The notes under the pieces were generated by a model, which was given only the letters and a program-made list of their open reading frames with translations, had not been told where the DNA came from and did no database searches. A stretch of 64,000 nt of DNA from the human T2T-CHM13v2.0 reference genome, Homo sapiens. Each line of letters begins with the position of its first letter. Position 1 is the first letter of the stretch. Of this stretch, positions 1 through 14,099 are shown one piece after another. Position numbers and translations under genes: made by a program. The DNA lies in assembly GCF_009914755.1 (NCBI RefSeq), contig NC_060944.1. The stretch is one strand, 5' to 3'.

Positions 1-68
1 AAGCAAAATAATGTCTTTATATTTATAGCAAATGTCAAATTTATTTTCAAATGTTTTTTCTCCAATAG

Positions 69-126
69 TTGATGAGGGCCCTAGTCCTCCAGAGCAGTTT
101 TCGGCTGTCAAATTATCTGATTCCAG
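69..126 (+). pseudogene. FRG1: FRG1-like exon 4 (58 bp)
   Basis: AG at 67-68, GT at 127-128; encodes (V)DEGPSPPEQFSAVKLSDS(R). Confidence 0.95.
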
Positions 127-1477
127 GTGAGCTTAAGTTGTAATATAATTAGTAACCAGTGATTTTAAAAATTTAATTGTATTCATTAAAAATTTTACTA
201 TCTGTCTTAAGCCCACGGTAATTTAGATATAAAAAATGAAATAGCTTTTTTGAGAAGTAGATTTTGTGATCTACTTTTAGTGGATTTCCTATCAATATAT
301 AATGCTAGGCTGGAAAAATGATATGTAAGTTAAAAAATGAAGATTAATAATTTCACACACCAAATAAGATAGATTATAAAATATATCAAATAGTACAAAA
401 CCTGGTTCACTGTTGGTATGATATTTAAACTCACTGTTTCGAAGTCTAAAGACAAACAGGAAGACTAAAAAAAAGGAATATTGTTGAAACCAGCAGAGAA
501 TGTTACAGTATCATAATGACCAAAATAATATTTTTACTCACTATTGTTACAGTCATTTTATAAAGTAACCTTTTTTATTCTCACCTTGTGCAGAAGTATA
601 GAATGATTCTTTGGGTAAAAGATACTGAAAGTGAATTTACATATTTTAGTAATTGGTTACATCAACATGATAATGATTTCTGTTATACAATCATTAACGT
701 ATAAAGGAGTAAAAGTCAATTCTGGCATCCGAGGAGATTCTTGGTAAGGTAAAAGAAATCATAATTTTAAAAAATCACATTAAGATGATTATTTCTACTC
801 TTTCTTTGAAAGTCTGATAAGTAGGGTGAAAGACAAAGAATAAAAGCAGAGGAAGAAAAAATTCAATAGTTTTAAACTGCTTTACAATTATAAACAGAAA
901 AGGATTATAAAGAAAATCAACTGACAAATGAGGAAAATATTTGCAACAATCTTAATAGGCAGTGAGTTCTTACTGTTCATATGTATCTTGTATAGAATTC
1001 ATAGCACTGAAGACCCCAGTAGAAAAATTGCGAACAATCAGATCTGAATAGAAAAATGGACAAGGGACATTACCAGATAATCTAAAAAGTAAAAAGGAAA
1101 GGAAAAGAAAAACAATTGTTATTCTAGTTAACTACTAAAATGCAAATTAATAGGATACTGTTTTTTTCATATCAGGTTTTCGAGTATTTTTTTAGAGTCA
1201 TAATGTTTAAAAAAAAATCCATGATACAAAACATACTCTGTTAATTTGAGGTAAGAATGTAAATGGAAGCAGCATTTTCTGGAAAACAGTTTGATGACAT
1301 AGTTTTAGTAATTTATTATTGAAGTTTATAACTAAAGAGATATAATTGAAGAATGATGAATTTTGAAAATATTTGTTATGTAATATATAAGGTACAATGT
1401 TTATATTAAAAAAGCAAAATATAAAACTAAATTTAAATCTGCAGTGTCCAATATGGCAACAACCAGTCACATGTAGC

Positions 1478-1780
1478 TTTTTTTTTTTTTTTTTTTTGAA
1501 GGCACATAGTCTCACTCTGTCACCCAGGCTGGAGGGCAGTGGTGTGATCATAGCTCACTATAACCTCAAATTTCTGGGCTCAAACACTCCTCCTGCATCA
1601 GCCTCCCAAGTAGCTGGTATTACATGTGCACACCACCATGCCCAACTAACTTCTTAAATTTTTTGTAGAGATGGGGTCTCACTATGTTGTCCAGGCTGAT
1701 CTTGAACTTCTTGCCTCAAGCAATTCTCCCATTGCCTTCCCAAAGCACAGAGATTACAGGAGTGAGTCACCACTCAGCCA
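1478..1780 (-). mobile_element. AluJ inside a MER3/MER33-like DNA transposon fragment
   Basis: Poly-T then diverged Alu body; flanks GTCCAATATGGCAACAACCAGTCACATGTAGC and TTGAACACTTGAAATATGTCCAGT resemble hAT MITE ends. Confidence 0.85.
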
Positions 1781-1924
1781 CATGCATCTTTTGAACACTT
1801 GAAATATGTCCAGTCTGAAATTTTAGATATGTACACACCCACACACATACACATGTCCTGTTTTGATGCCCTATAATTAATTTTCTCTCAGTTTTTAACT
1901 TTTATCTATCTTATTAATGTACAG

Positions 1925-2039
1925 AATCACCCTGAAATCTGGCTATGGAAAATATCTTGGTATAAATTCAGATGAACTTGTTGTTGGGCGTTCAGATGCA
2001 ATTGGACCAAGAGAACAATGGGAACCAGTCTTTAAAATT
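1925..2039 (+). pseudogene. FRG1: FRG1-like exon 5 (115 bp)
   Basis: CAG acceptor, GTAAGT donor; [38 protein letters not shown]. Confidence 0.95.
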
Positions 2040-4277
2040 GTAAGTGCTGTTATTGTTTATAAAAACTCCCTGTCAATTTAACAGAAAGTCTGTAACAGTC
2101 AATCATAATATATTTAAAAAGAAAAAGTAGGATGCAATAGTATAATACATTAAATAGGAATAAATCAGTGAGAACATAAAGCCTTAAAGAGATCTCAAAA
2201 TATAGTGCAACAAAAATAGCATTAGTACTTTTGCCCACAATTATTTCTGTATACCCTTAGTGCCTAGATATGGATCTAATTTCCATTGAAGAACCAGTCA
2301 ATTTTAGGTCACAGAGTAGGAAAACAGAATTGTTCCTAAGTATCTTCTTTGTAGCAGAAATCATGGATGCTTTCAGAAACATTACAGACTGTAAGTGAAC
2401 AGTGGAGCTAGCTAAGACCAAGTTGTGACAATTTGCATATAAAATATAAATAATAATAGTTCATTGAAGTAAATTATCTCTAAAAGACTTTCAGTTCATA
2501 AGCTTAAAATAGTGTATGAAAAGATTTAATATAAGAAAAAAGATAGTATACTAATTCTTAATTTTAGTAAGTAGTTGTAGTATATGGATGTTTTGTTGAT
2601 ACAGAATACATAATTTCCTTTTTCTGTGTGAGAAGTAAAGATTGAACAAAAATATGTGAGTGCTAAACTGTCTTTAAAAAGTAGATAGCTATATCAAAAA
2701 CAGTAAGGACCAGTGGGCACCACACAGAACAAGCAAATAGAAGATAAGCTCAGCCTTTGAGTAGCAGCTTTGGTAGTATACAATAATGAACTGAAAATAG
2801 GAACTCAGCAGTGTTTTCTAAGATGACAGATTAAACAAACATCCCACCAGAAAGAGGTAATCACTTAGACTAATTTCCTCATCCCCTAGGATAAAATCTT
2901 AAGTCAGTGACTTGAAAACTATTTTGACCCAATCCATTGAGAAATGCATTTTTACATTGCAGCCCAGCACACACATATGTATAACTGAAGCAAGAGTTGC
3001 ACTTAACAATATTTACTTATCCATGTGTTATGCACTTTGATATTTATTATTCTCTTTTACCCTTCCGCTGTGTATCTGTGTGTTTTCCTTCCCCCCCCCT
3101 CCCACCCAATACCATTCAGGAAACACTACATTGATTTCATTACCTGCTAATGTGTTGCAACCCCTTTGAGATGATCCTACTGGTTACGATGAGATGCTTC
3201 TAATAAAAGTTACACCAGTAGAAAATGCCAATATTTCATAAGGCCAGGATGATGACTTAGATAGTACTAATAATACAACACTTTAGGAAAGTTCATTTCA
3301 TTTTATTTTTAGGAAGGACACTAAGTTTCAAAAATTTAAATTTAAATGAAAGAGGGTCTTAAAACTCTCTTGCAAAAAGGACTCAGCTGAATAACCTGTG
3401 ACACAGGTTTAAATCGCCTTGGACCCCAGCACCATGTTCCAGGGCTCACCCAGAGCCATCCAGATGAGAGACCACCCAGCCCTTGTGACTTGACTAAGAA
3501 ATTAAATCGATGTTATCAGCACATTTTTAACTGGATGTGATATAAGGTTAACATATTTTGTAATCATTGTATTTATAACTATTTTGTCTAAATGTTATGG
3601 TATTCCAAGTTTTCCAAAAGAATCAACCAAATACAAGTTATAAATAAATGTTATATTTGTTACAGGAGTTAAGCTAACCAAATTTATAACCCAGATTTAG
3701 ATACACAAGAAAATCAGTTTTTAAAGTTTTGTTTAATAGAAAGCAGTGTAATACATCAAACATTAAACAACTAAAAATGTATATGAATATTTATTTTCAC
3801 ACACAAAAGTCCCTCAGACATTGATTCTTAAATTAAAAACACCAAAGGCATTGTATATACCTTTTCATGTTTTCTAATTGTGAAGAAAATAAATTTTACT
3901 TAAAATGCTAATATTTGAATAAAGTATGCATTCATAATTATGTTCTCATCTTTAAAGTTAATTTTTCAAACAGAACTAAATCAGTTTTATCTTCAGTAGG
4001 TCTTTTAGAAAGGAAGCAATCCTACCTCATCTAATTAGAATAGTACTACTAGGAAGATATGCTACAAATGTTTATTGTGGTAATCTTTGAATAGTAAAAT
4101 GAAAGGTGATTTTGGTTTCCTTTTCTATATGTTCTTTTATTATATTTTTCAGGTTTTTCTCTAAGTTCTTTTCTGTGATTTTTAAATCAGGGAGGAAAAA
4201 TTAATTCAGTGTAAACACTTAATGTTTCTTCTACAAGAAGTATCCTCATGGCTATTTTGTTATTTTGTTTCACTTAG

Positions 4278-4382
4278 GGGAAAATGGCTTTGTCGACCTC
4301 AAATAGCTGCTTTATTAGATACAGTGAAGCAGAGGACATAGAAGCAAAAAGTAAAACAGCAGGAGAAGAAGAAATGATCAAG
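4278..4382 (+). pseudogene. FRG1: FRG1-like exon 6 (105 bp)
   Basis: TAG acceptor, GTAATG donor; [35 protein letters not shown]. Confidence 0.95.
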
Positions 4383-7300
4383 GTAATGATGACATTTTAT
4401 ACAGATGACTGCATTCACACATGCGATGTGACTGTATCTCTTTAAAATGTTAAGTCATCATTTACAGTCACTTTAAAGATTTAGTTAATGGCTTTTTATA
4501 ATGTGGTGTTTCAAATAGAGTCATTTTAAATTATAAATCCCATAGTTGATGGCTTGTTTATACAATGTGGTAGAGAAATCAGTGCATCTAGGAGCTACCT
4601 TGCCATTATCTCCATGGATTAGTATCTTTTTCTGGTAGTTCCACGTGCTCTTTTTAAGCTTTCGTTTTCTTGTTTTCTTGCTTGTACTTTAAAATCTAAT
4701 TTTTAAAATAGATAACGTGTACACGTGGTCCAACATTTTTAAATAAAAGCATATGAAGATGAAGACATATGCCTGCCATGCATCTTACTCACCTGTTTCC
4801 CACCTCCTTTTCCTCTTTCCCTTTGTTTTTTTATAGCCTCCTAAAATTTCTTTATAAACATATGAATATATTTATAATTTTCAACTATTTTACACTAAAG
4901 ACAGCCTCCTCTATAGTCTTCTCGACTTTGATTTTTTTTCCTTAAAATTGTGTCTTGGAGAGTTTTCTACTATTAGTTTGAATGTAGAAAGTTTTCTCTT
5001 TTTCTTGCTTTTCCTCTCTTTCTCTCTCTCTCTTTTTTAACAGCCACATAATATTCCATTTTAGGGATGTACCTTAATTTATTTAGTCTTTTGTAGATGG
5101 AAATTTAGGCTGTTTCCAGTCTTTTGTTCTTATAAACAGTGCTGCAGTACATAATATTGAATATGCATCAATTTGTAGATGTGCGGGTGGACTTGAAGAT
5201 AAATTTCCAGAAGCAGAATTGCCAGGTTGGGGTATACACGTTTGTATTTATGTAATGCTTGAGCTTCTGTGATGATAATCACTCTATGAAACATAAAAAA
5301 TCATAGCAGAACTTCTGGGGCCTTAGCCCTTACATTTTAAAAATATTTTTATTAATAGTACCCATCTTCTTTGCATTAGGAGAAACATGAATCACATAAA
5401 ACATGATTTTATTTTATTTTTAAAATTTGTGTGCATCACTAAGCTGGAAATAAAAGCTCCTTATTCCAGGCTAAATTCCCTCATCCGTAGTCAGACGCGT
5501 TAGCTATTGCACCAGTAGCCTGTGGCCTCCCTAATCCTACTCTTTGTTTTACATCATTGTAAAAGTTATACAGACATCTTCATTTCAAGGTGAAATTCTA
5601 AATAATACTGTTAATATAACCTAGACTAATCAGGTAGTTAACTGGAATGTGATGAAAACATTTAAGGCTTAATTTTTTAGACTTACAAAAGCCACTGATC
5701 TTTAATGATAAACATATACCAGGATGTGTCTAAAGAATAACTCCCCCCTTCTTGACACATGGCTTTTCTGTGTCTTGGCATTCCATCGCAGTACTGAGCA
5801 TCCTGAACGTTGCTTTGTTTGTCTCTGTTGGGAGTCACAGGTTGCATCCAGTCTGACCCAGGTTTGCTCTGTAAGGCATTGTGGGGGCCAGAGTGGAAGG
5901 CTCTAAGAGAGGGGGCAAATGTCTTTTCTAAAATGCCCTTCGTTCTTATAATTAGAGCATAAAAATTAATGTTACATTTTTCTCTACTACCAGTGTAATT
6001 TAAAAGCATCTATCAATTCTCTGTACGTGCTTCATGTTAGATTTCTGGTCATATGTTTGATTTTCTTTTTAGAATAGTCTTGATTTCAGATAATTTCAAA
6101 TCTAAAGCTCAAACAATTTCAATCTAAAATGTAGGTTTTTCTTACAGTTAGAGAAGTGAAATGTTATATTTTTTCGTTGCATGCATCGGGCACATGTGTT
6201 GTAGTCTTGAATTTCCATAATGCTCCTGTGAGGTGGATGTGAGCTCAGCCTTACAGACAGGAAGACAGCCTCTGACCCTCCTTACATCCTCGTGGTTTTT
6301 GTCAGTCAGTTCATGGAAATCACAGTGATTTCAAGGTGTGGTAAGACAGGATGTGTACCCAGGCCCAGCTGACTCCAGAGGCCACTCTCCGTATTTCATA
6401 GCACATTGCTTCTCAGGAAACAGGTCATTGAGGAAATGAAGATGGGTTTGTGATTACATTTAATTTTATTTATTTATATTTTATTGTATCATGTGTAAAT
6501 TATTTTACATCTGGATATCATCACAAAAGTGTTATTGAAGGCAACAATTGCAAGTATATGTGCAGTGCTTTGCACTTATACAAAGATACAAAGATACACA
6601 AAGATTGAGTTTTTCACTATTTAAAGCAATTTTCAGATGAAATACAAAGTTTTCTGGGTCTCTTTGTTTAGTCAAGTACTTGGAAGCTCTGAACAGTGAT
6701 TATTTAGGACTCTTTTCATACCATTTAATTGCAGGCTCTCCTAATCTCTGTCAGACCTTCACCTTTATGACCTTGCCTTATCTACCAGAACACAGATCCC
6801 TCTTACTAAAGGTAACATTGTGTTACAGGCCCTAGCAGGGAATGTTTTCAGGTCTGGGACCCCTCTAATCAAAACTGTCACAAAGATGTCATTGGCACAA
6901 ACATGTTATTTGTCATCACTTTCTAAGCAGCCCTGGAACTGGACTCTGGCCACAGAGATCATTTAGGAGACATGAGTCCTTACCATTGCCAATTGCCTGT
7001 TCTGTAGACAATCCTAATTGTTGAATGCAGATCAATTAACTAATGATATGTGATAGTAAACATCTGTCCAAACTTAGGAGACTATAAGAAGCCAGTAAAA
7101 GAGGTGGGTTCCAATTAATTAAAAACAAGTTGTGTAATGTTAAAAGTTTTAATACTTTGATAATAGTCTGTGCAATGTAAAATAGCTATTAAGCTTTCAG
7201 TCTGATCAAATGAACACTTGTCTACTAGGGATAATTTGATCCTAGTGTATTCACTTGGAGGACAAAATTAAATGAATGATTTCTTTATTGCCTAGCAGGA

Positions 7301-7570
7301 TCTGATGTGTAAAATGTTTCTGAAATAATTTTTTCTGTAGTGTTTCTGACACAAGGGCTGCGGAGGAAGCATATGATAGCACTTACTCATATAGATTATA
7401 TATATGAATTAAAAACACATAGCCAGAACCTGTCTTTTTCTGAATATAGTTGCTCAGTTAATTTTTTCTTCTGCATAAGAAATCATCTCAAATATTCTTA
7501 TGTGATACGTAAAGTGGGGAAGGTGGAAGATAAACATATAACCCATTGGATTCTCTTTTCCAATATCTAG

Positions 7571-7681
<111 letters not shown>

Positions 7682-7740
7682 TAGACCTACAGATTTGACA
7701 GTGAAGTGCTTCTCAAAGTGCTTTCAAAATAAATTACCTA

Positions 7741-7900
7741 ATTAGCTGGGGATGGTGGTGCATGCCTGTAGGCCCAGCTACTTGGGAGGCTGAGACAGGA
7801 GGATTGTTTGAGCCCAGGAGTTCAAGGCTGCAGTGAGCTCTGATCACCACTGCATTCCAGCCTGGGTGACAGAGCAAGATCCCGTCTGAAAAAATAAAAA
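7741..7900 (+). mobile_element. Alu right monomer (FRAM/AluJ-like)
   Basis: ATTAGCTGGG...CCAGCCTGGGTGACAGAGCAAGA plus A tail. Confidence 0.85.
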
Positions 7901-8236
7901 CTGATGGACAAGAAGAAGCAACACGATGTAGCCTCTAGGACAGAGCACTGAGCTAAATTCTTTTCTTTTCTTGAGGGTTCAGTTTTCCTAATCATCCTAC
8001 CAGCTCCCAAAGGTACTCAGTCGGGTTAGTCAACCTCTCTATTCATTCATAGAATGGGCGTGATGCCAGTCAAAGGCTGTTCTCTGGCTAGGACACAGGG
8101 GACTCCAGCCAGCATGCCCTAATAGAAGTGGGGCTTTGTGCTACCCAGTCAATGAGTGGCCCTCCTCTTGAGAGGTCACAAAGTTCATCTTGTTGTTCAA
8201 AAGCTCCAGCTTATTAAAAAAAATGTACAATTAGAC

Positions 8237-8536
8237 TTTTTTTTTTTCTCCCCCAAGACGGAGTCTCGCTCTGTCCCCCAGATTGTAGTGCTGTGCCATG
8301 ATCTCAGCTCATCGCAACCTCCGCCTCCCAGGTTCATGTGATTCTCCTGCCTCAGCTTCCCGAGTAGCTGGGACTACAGGCACAAGCCACTGCCCTCGGC
8401 CAATTTTTGTATTTTTAGTAGAGACGGGGTTTCACCATGTTGGCCAGGCTGTTCTCGAACTCCTGACCTCAAGTGATCTGCCTGCCTTGGCCTCCCAAAG
8501 TGCTGGGATTGCAGGCGTGAGCCACTGCGCCTGGCC
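8237..8536 (-). mobile_element. AluS (Sx-like)
   Basis: Full dimer; TSD TACAATTAGACTTTTTT on both sides. Confidence 0.93.
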
Positions 8537-8634
8537 TACAATTAGACTTTTTTAATAAGTGAAAAAGAAATTAACAGTATTTATAAATTTAATAGTAAAT
8601 ATGTATAATCAGAGTTTGAGGTATTTTTCAATGA

Positions 8635-8763
<129 letters not shown>

Positions 8764-9935
8764 TAGCTATTTACTTATTTTCACTATTTTTCAGTAGCCA
8801 ATAGAAATGGCATGTAGAAAAGCTATATTCTCTTAAATTACTGTAGTTTTCACATTTTTGTCTTTATTTATAATTTATGAGTGTGGCAATATTACCTAGA
8901 GAGGACATCATGAGTTTGGGAAAAGACTGTCAAGAAAGAATATCTAAAAATTATAACCGATTCTAAGTATATACTTTAAGAAATTCAGGTTTGACTGTAT
9001 CTACTTCATAAATTTATCATTATCTTTTTATAACTATTAGAACCAGAGTTAGAAAGAAGCAGTTTGACTAATACAAAAATTATGTGGATTCTGTTAGAGT
9101 AGTTCAGGTTCCTTAAAATAAGCATATATCAACTAAAAAACTAAGTATAAAAGCTAAATAAGTGAAATTGAAGCAGTTTTATTGTAAGATTTGGAAGAGT
9201 GCAGGATGTTTATCATAGCACATTATTAATATTTATTATTCTTCCTATGTAGATAAGTGATGGCCTAGATTTACAACATAGAAAAACAGGTAGAGACGTT
9301 TAGCTGTGAGTGTACAAGCATAAATCAGTTAAGTGCCAGATGTTGATAATCACCAGCTGCTCATTCAAGTCCTATGTTGCAAAGTTACTCTTACCCTTTT
9401 TTTACATTACTTGATAAAGGCAATGTTTAATTATGTATTTCCTGTTAACTAGCTGGTAGAGTTCATACCTAAAGTCAGTAAATAATGTTAAGAATTTTTT
9501 CCAGCTGAGCAAATGAATATGTGTCTAGTTGTAAGAAATCAAGAAGAGGATATAAAATATAATCAGGATATGGACTCTAAAACGGAATAAGCTCTGTGTC
9601 CTGTAACTTTTTTCACTTGTAATAATACAGCATTCTCACCCTGTTAAATGGAAATTTAGAGCACCCTTAAATTCCAGAATAATTAAAATTGCTATTTGGA
9701 TTGAAAAGCCCTTAGGCAACATTTATTGAATATTAGGAAATAACTTTTATAAGATTAGAATCCATTTTTTATGGAAACCCAATTTAAAAGTATACATGTT
9801 TTAATATAAGTGTTGTGGTAATACAATAACCAAAATTGAACACACAGTTTTAAAGCTTTTTATATTTAGTAGCAGTTGAATATATATGGCATGTTTTACA
9901 TAGATTAATTTTACTATTTTTCTTTATTTAAAAAA

Positions 9936-10022
9936 GAGAACCAAATTGAAAGCCGACAGATACTGCAGATGACTGGGATTTTTGTTTCTGTCTTATCTTT
10001 TTGTGTTTTTTTTCTGAATAAA
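9936..10022 (+). pseudogene. FRG1: FRG1-like terminal exon 9 with mutated acceptor; poly(A) signal
   Basis: G AGA ACC AAA TTG AAA GCC GAC AGA TAC TGC AGA TGA (stop 9970-9972); preceded by AA at 9934-9935; AATAAA at 10017-10022. Confidence 0.9.
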
Positions 10023-11073
10023 ATATTCAGAGGAAATGCTTTTACAGAGTTCTTGAGTTGTTGTGAAATTATTGTTTAGCTAGTAGCTAGTATAACCAGG
10101 ATTAAACAAGTTTAATCAGGATTCTTCATGGATGTACTTTTTAGCTAACTACAGTTTTTCACATGGAAATGAAACTTACAGTACACATTTAACGTACCAC
10201 AGAATTTTTTTCTGTATTTCCTGTCCTGAAGCATGAAGTGTACTAGAAACCAACTCTTCCTGCGCTACTTGTGGAATCTTTCTTAATGGATCATAATCTT
10301 ACTTTACTTTAAACAATAGATGCTTAATCAGTGCCTTTCATAGGAAGTTAGAAACTCCCAATCCAATCAACAAGGCTTTGATTCTACCTCCTAAGTACTA
10401 CCCAGATCACAGACAATCCAAATATCAGAACTAGGGGGCTGGACAGAGAGGACAAATCATCTATTAGGGAGTGGGACAGAAAGTGGAAACACTATAAAGG
10501 AGCAAGTAGGCTCAGAACAGAGGGGAGAGTAGTACTGGGGAAACTCCCTACTGAGGACAGGTTTGCCACAGTGGGTATGTATGTGATGCTTTTGTCCTCG
10601 TGGGCTGGAATGGAAGCTGATAAAGAAGTTCAGACGCTACGTGTTGCTTAGGTCTGCTTTGTTGAAGCCTGTCTCTTTCAGAGTACCTAAACACAATATT
10701 CCCGTGGCATCTAATCCCAGTGAGTGCTCCAAATCCAGGCTGTGTATCAGATGCCACGGGAAATTCTGCCTCAGGACTGAGGTTGGTTCAAGCATCTGGA
10801 TGATGTCAAAAGTCCACGTTGTGTGCTGGCCTAACCTGAAAGAACCTATCTAGTTCTAGCCTTAAATTCCTTCTGTCACCAAATCTAGAGTTACATGGCA
10901 TCTGTACAAGCTAGGTAGCTGAGGCATGGGATCAGCCCTATAAAGGAGCTTTTGGAGCTTTTTTTGTAGGCCTAGCTTCAACTTGGCACTCCAGTTCCAA
11001 TAGCTGGACTTTCTCTCGTCGTGTGTTCTGATCCTTGGATTGGGAACAAAGTAACCACTCTGATCCCACAAAG

Positions 11074-11240
11074 CAGTGGTTCCGGTTCCCAACTGGTGAC
11101 TATTTTGCCTCCGAGGGGACATTTTTGGTTTTCACAACTGGAATACGGTGTTAGAGAGTAGAGGCTAGGGATGCTGCAAAGCATGCGGCAGAATCCTGTT
11201 CTGCCCAGAATGCTAACAGTGTCAAGGTTATGGAGCCTTC
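11074..11240. mobile_element. MER20-like hAT element
   Basis: CAGTGGTT...GGGGACATTTTTGGTTTTCACAACTGG...GTAGAGGCTAGGGATGCTGC...CAGTGTCAAGGTT. Confidence 0.7.
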
Positions 11241-11369
11241 CCACCCAAGGGCTTGGTCTATTCCTTGCTTTTGCCAGCTCCCTAACCCTTAAACACAACA
11301 GTTCAAATCTATATGCATAAGCATCTCCTAGGAACCTGCACGTTTCCAATATCGACTACTGAGACCCAT

Positions 11370-11482
11370 CCGTAGAGATGCAGGCTTAGGAGGTCTAGGA
11401 TTGGGCTCAAAATTTGCATTTTAACAAGTACTCCAGGTCATTCTGAGCAAGTGATACAAACCACAGAATGAGGAACACCACC
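11370..11482. mobile_element. MER5-like fragment
   Basis: AGGTCTAGGATTGGGCTCAAAATTTGCATTTTAACAAGTACTCCAGGT. Confidence 0.6.
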
Positions 11483-12583
11483 TTCAAGAGACTGAATCTT
11501 GCTTCACAACACTAGCTTGGTACCTGAGACCATCTGCCTGCTGACTGGCTTTCCTGGCACAAACATTCTGCATGTAGGCACAGTGTGTTCTTGGACTCCA
11601 TGTCAACCCGTTCACCCTCATGTTCCCTTGGTTCCTGTCCCCAGTCCAGCGAGCAGAACTGATTACAGATCTTGACAACAGAAGATACAGATTTAAAATA
11701 ACTTGCCTGTTCCCGTGGACTTTATCCACTAGTGAAGCAGGACAAGTGGACAAGGGGAGAGGGTAGGTGTGGGCTCCTTCCCTATTCCTCCCATTCCACT
11801 TTATACAAATCCCAGCTAGACAACTGGGAGAGCAACGGAGGTTAAGAATGACTGCATCTAAATATTGTCATCTGGTCCACTCTTCTTCCATCTTGTACAC
11901 AAGGATATCATGAGTTTTGTTTAAAGCACTACTGAAACCAAGATAAACTCTGGCTTAGCATGCCCCTGATGGATCAGTCTAGTAATCTTATCAAAACCAA
12001 GATTACCTAAAAGCATTAACCAAAGGAAAATCTCCCTCACCCCAACCTATGACTGCTCACATTTTTCAGATTGAATCATTTCAATTGTATTTTAAGGTTC
12101 ATTGACTCTTTTCCACCTCCAAGCTGCTCCTGAACACAACTGATTATTATTTTTTAATTTTGAAAACGTTCTCACTTCTAGAATTTCCACTTGAGCCTTT
12201 GTTATTATTGTAGTTTCTTCTTCTCTGCTGTGATTTCCATCCATTTATTTTACGGGTTTTTGGGGTTTTGATTTTAGTAAGAATTACAATAACTAACTAC
12301 TTTAAAAATCCACACTAATTCCAACATCTGGGTCATCTCGAGGTTAGTCTCTATTGATTGCCTTTTTCTTTGAATATATTTCTTTATATGTTTGATATAA
12401 TGGGATTGAATTCTGAAGATTGTAAAACTAGATTTTGTTTTGTTCCTCTGAATATTTTGATAATTTTTTGTTGTATTTTGTTTGATTTTTTTTCTATTGT
12501 ATACTTTACAATATATTTTCCTCCAATGGTTTTAACATTTCTATTTCTCAAAATATTTATGTTTATGTTAAAAATTATACAAA

Positions 12584-13110
12584 GTAGCTTGGTGCAGTGG
12601 CTTCCATCTGTAATCCCAGAAGTTTTAGAGGCCAAGGCAGGAGGGTCACTCGAGCCCAGGAGCTGGAAACCAGCCTAGACAACAGGACAAGACCCTGTCT
12701 CCACAAAGAATTATTAGGGTGGTGCAAAAAGTAATTGCAGGTTTTGCCATTACTTTCAATGGCAAAACCCGCAATTACTCTTGCACCAACCTGCTAAAAA
12801 ATAAGCTGGGTATGGTGGTGGCATGTGCCTGTGGTCTCAGCTATTTGGGAAGTAAAGGCAGAGGTGGGAGGATTGCTTGAGACCAGGAGTTCCAGACCAG
12901 CCGGAGACCCTGTCTCTATGAGAAAAAAAAAAAAAAATTAGCTGGGCCCATGTACCTGTGATACTAGCTACTTGGGAGGGAAAGGCAGAGGTGCCAGAAT
13001 CACTTGAGCCCAGAAGTTCAAGGCTGCAGGGCACTGTGATTGTGCCACTGCACTCCAGCCTGGGTGATGGAGCACGACCCTGACTCCAAATAATAATAAT
13101 AATTACAAAA
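12584..13110 (+). mobile_element. Composite old Alu (three monomers) interrupted by MADE1
   Basis: Left arm about 12584-12710, middle monomer about 12800-12935 with A tail, right arm about 12938-13110. Confidence 0.8.
12714..12794. mobile_element. MADE1 (Hsmar1 MITE), palindromic
   Basis: TTAGGGTGGTGCAAAAAGTAATTGCAGGTTTTGCCATT...AATGGCAAAACCCGCAATTACTCTTGCACCAACCT. Confidence 0.93.
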
Positions 13111-13183
13111 AGGAAAGACCTAGAACACCAGGTTATGGTTAAGTATTCTAAAATTGAGCTGACTTACTCTGTTCTCTATAAAA

Positions 13184-13359
13184 CAGGTTGCCACAGAAAA
13201 TATAGCATGCCCAGTTAATTTGAAATTTCAGATAAACAAATACTTTTTTCAGTGTAAGTATATCCCATACAATATTTGGGACATGCTTATACTAAAATAT
13301 TATGCCTTATTTATCTGAAATTGAAATTTAACTGGGTATTACATAATTAGAGCAGCCTG
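13184..13359. mobile_element. MER53 palindromic hAT MITE
   Basis: CAGGTTGCC start; CCCAGTTAATTTGAAATTTCAGATAAA mirrored by TTTATCTGAAATTGAAATTTAACTGGG. Confidence 0.85.
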
Positions 13360-13845
13360 ACCATAAAAGATATGTAGGCTGAGCAAAATTCTACTTTAAA
13401 CTTGAAGCTTTATAATAAATGCATTATTCATCAAGAACTATTATTTACTGAGACCTGTGTAGATCCCCATATTTATCTTTTTAAATGTGGAACTAGGAAA
13501 GCTACATAAAGAACATTTATAGAAATAAATTACTGTTCTATAGCTGAAAGGAAAACTCTAGCTTTTATTTTTCTCCCCATACTTAAGCTTTATTCTACAT
13601 TTGTATAAACAATAAAATTACAGCTCAACTTTGAAAGCACAGATCATAATATAAAAATAAAGCAAAGATCCCAGAAACATTTAACAGGAAACAAATCTTT
13701 CACATAATCTTACTATAACAACTAAACATATAATAACTTAGAATGATCCATTAATTATAAGTAAAGAATAAATTCTTTTACAAAGCATAACTATTAATAT
13801 TGACCATCATAAGAGCACATATTTTAAGTAAAACACCATGAATAC

Positions 13846-14099
13846 TTTACAGAAAGGAGCGAGTTGCAGATACAGTCATTCTTGGATTTCTTTCAACACC
13901 AGGCTTTCTTCCCTTTTGACCTGAACTGGGAGTTGAATATTTCCTCTCTGCCCTCTGACCCTCTAGTCTCTGAAGCATCTTTTGTACTAGAGGTATGTGC
14001 AGAGACTTCCTGGAAATTTGGATTTGTAAATTGTGCTGTTGTATCTTCTAGGCACTGCAGTGATCCAGATATAGAGCTGTTGCTCTTGCTTGTATAAGT
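13846..14099 (-). pseudogene. MLLT10 (pseudogene): Isolated MLLT10 (AF10) exon, disabled
   Basis: Minus strand reads TYTSKSNSSISGSLQCLEDTTAQFTNPNFQEVSAHTSSTKDASETRGSEG, frameshifts, then SSGQKGRKPGVERNPRMTVSATRSFL*. This matches recalled AF10 TYTSTSNNSISGSLKRLEDTTARFTNANFQEVSAH...GRKPGGGRNPGTTVSA. Acceptor reads AC; GT donor at 13845-13844. Confidence 0.9.

Noticed and set aside
10359-10369. CAATCCAATCA as a DUX4 binding site
   Set aside because: Mismatch at the first conserved T, and such near-matches are expected by chance in 64 kb.
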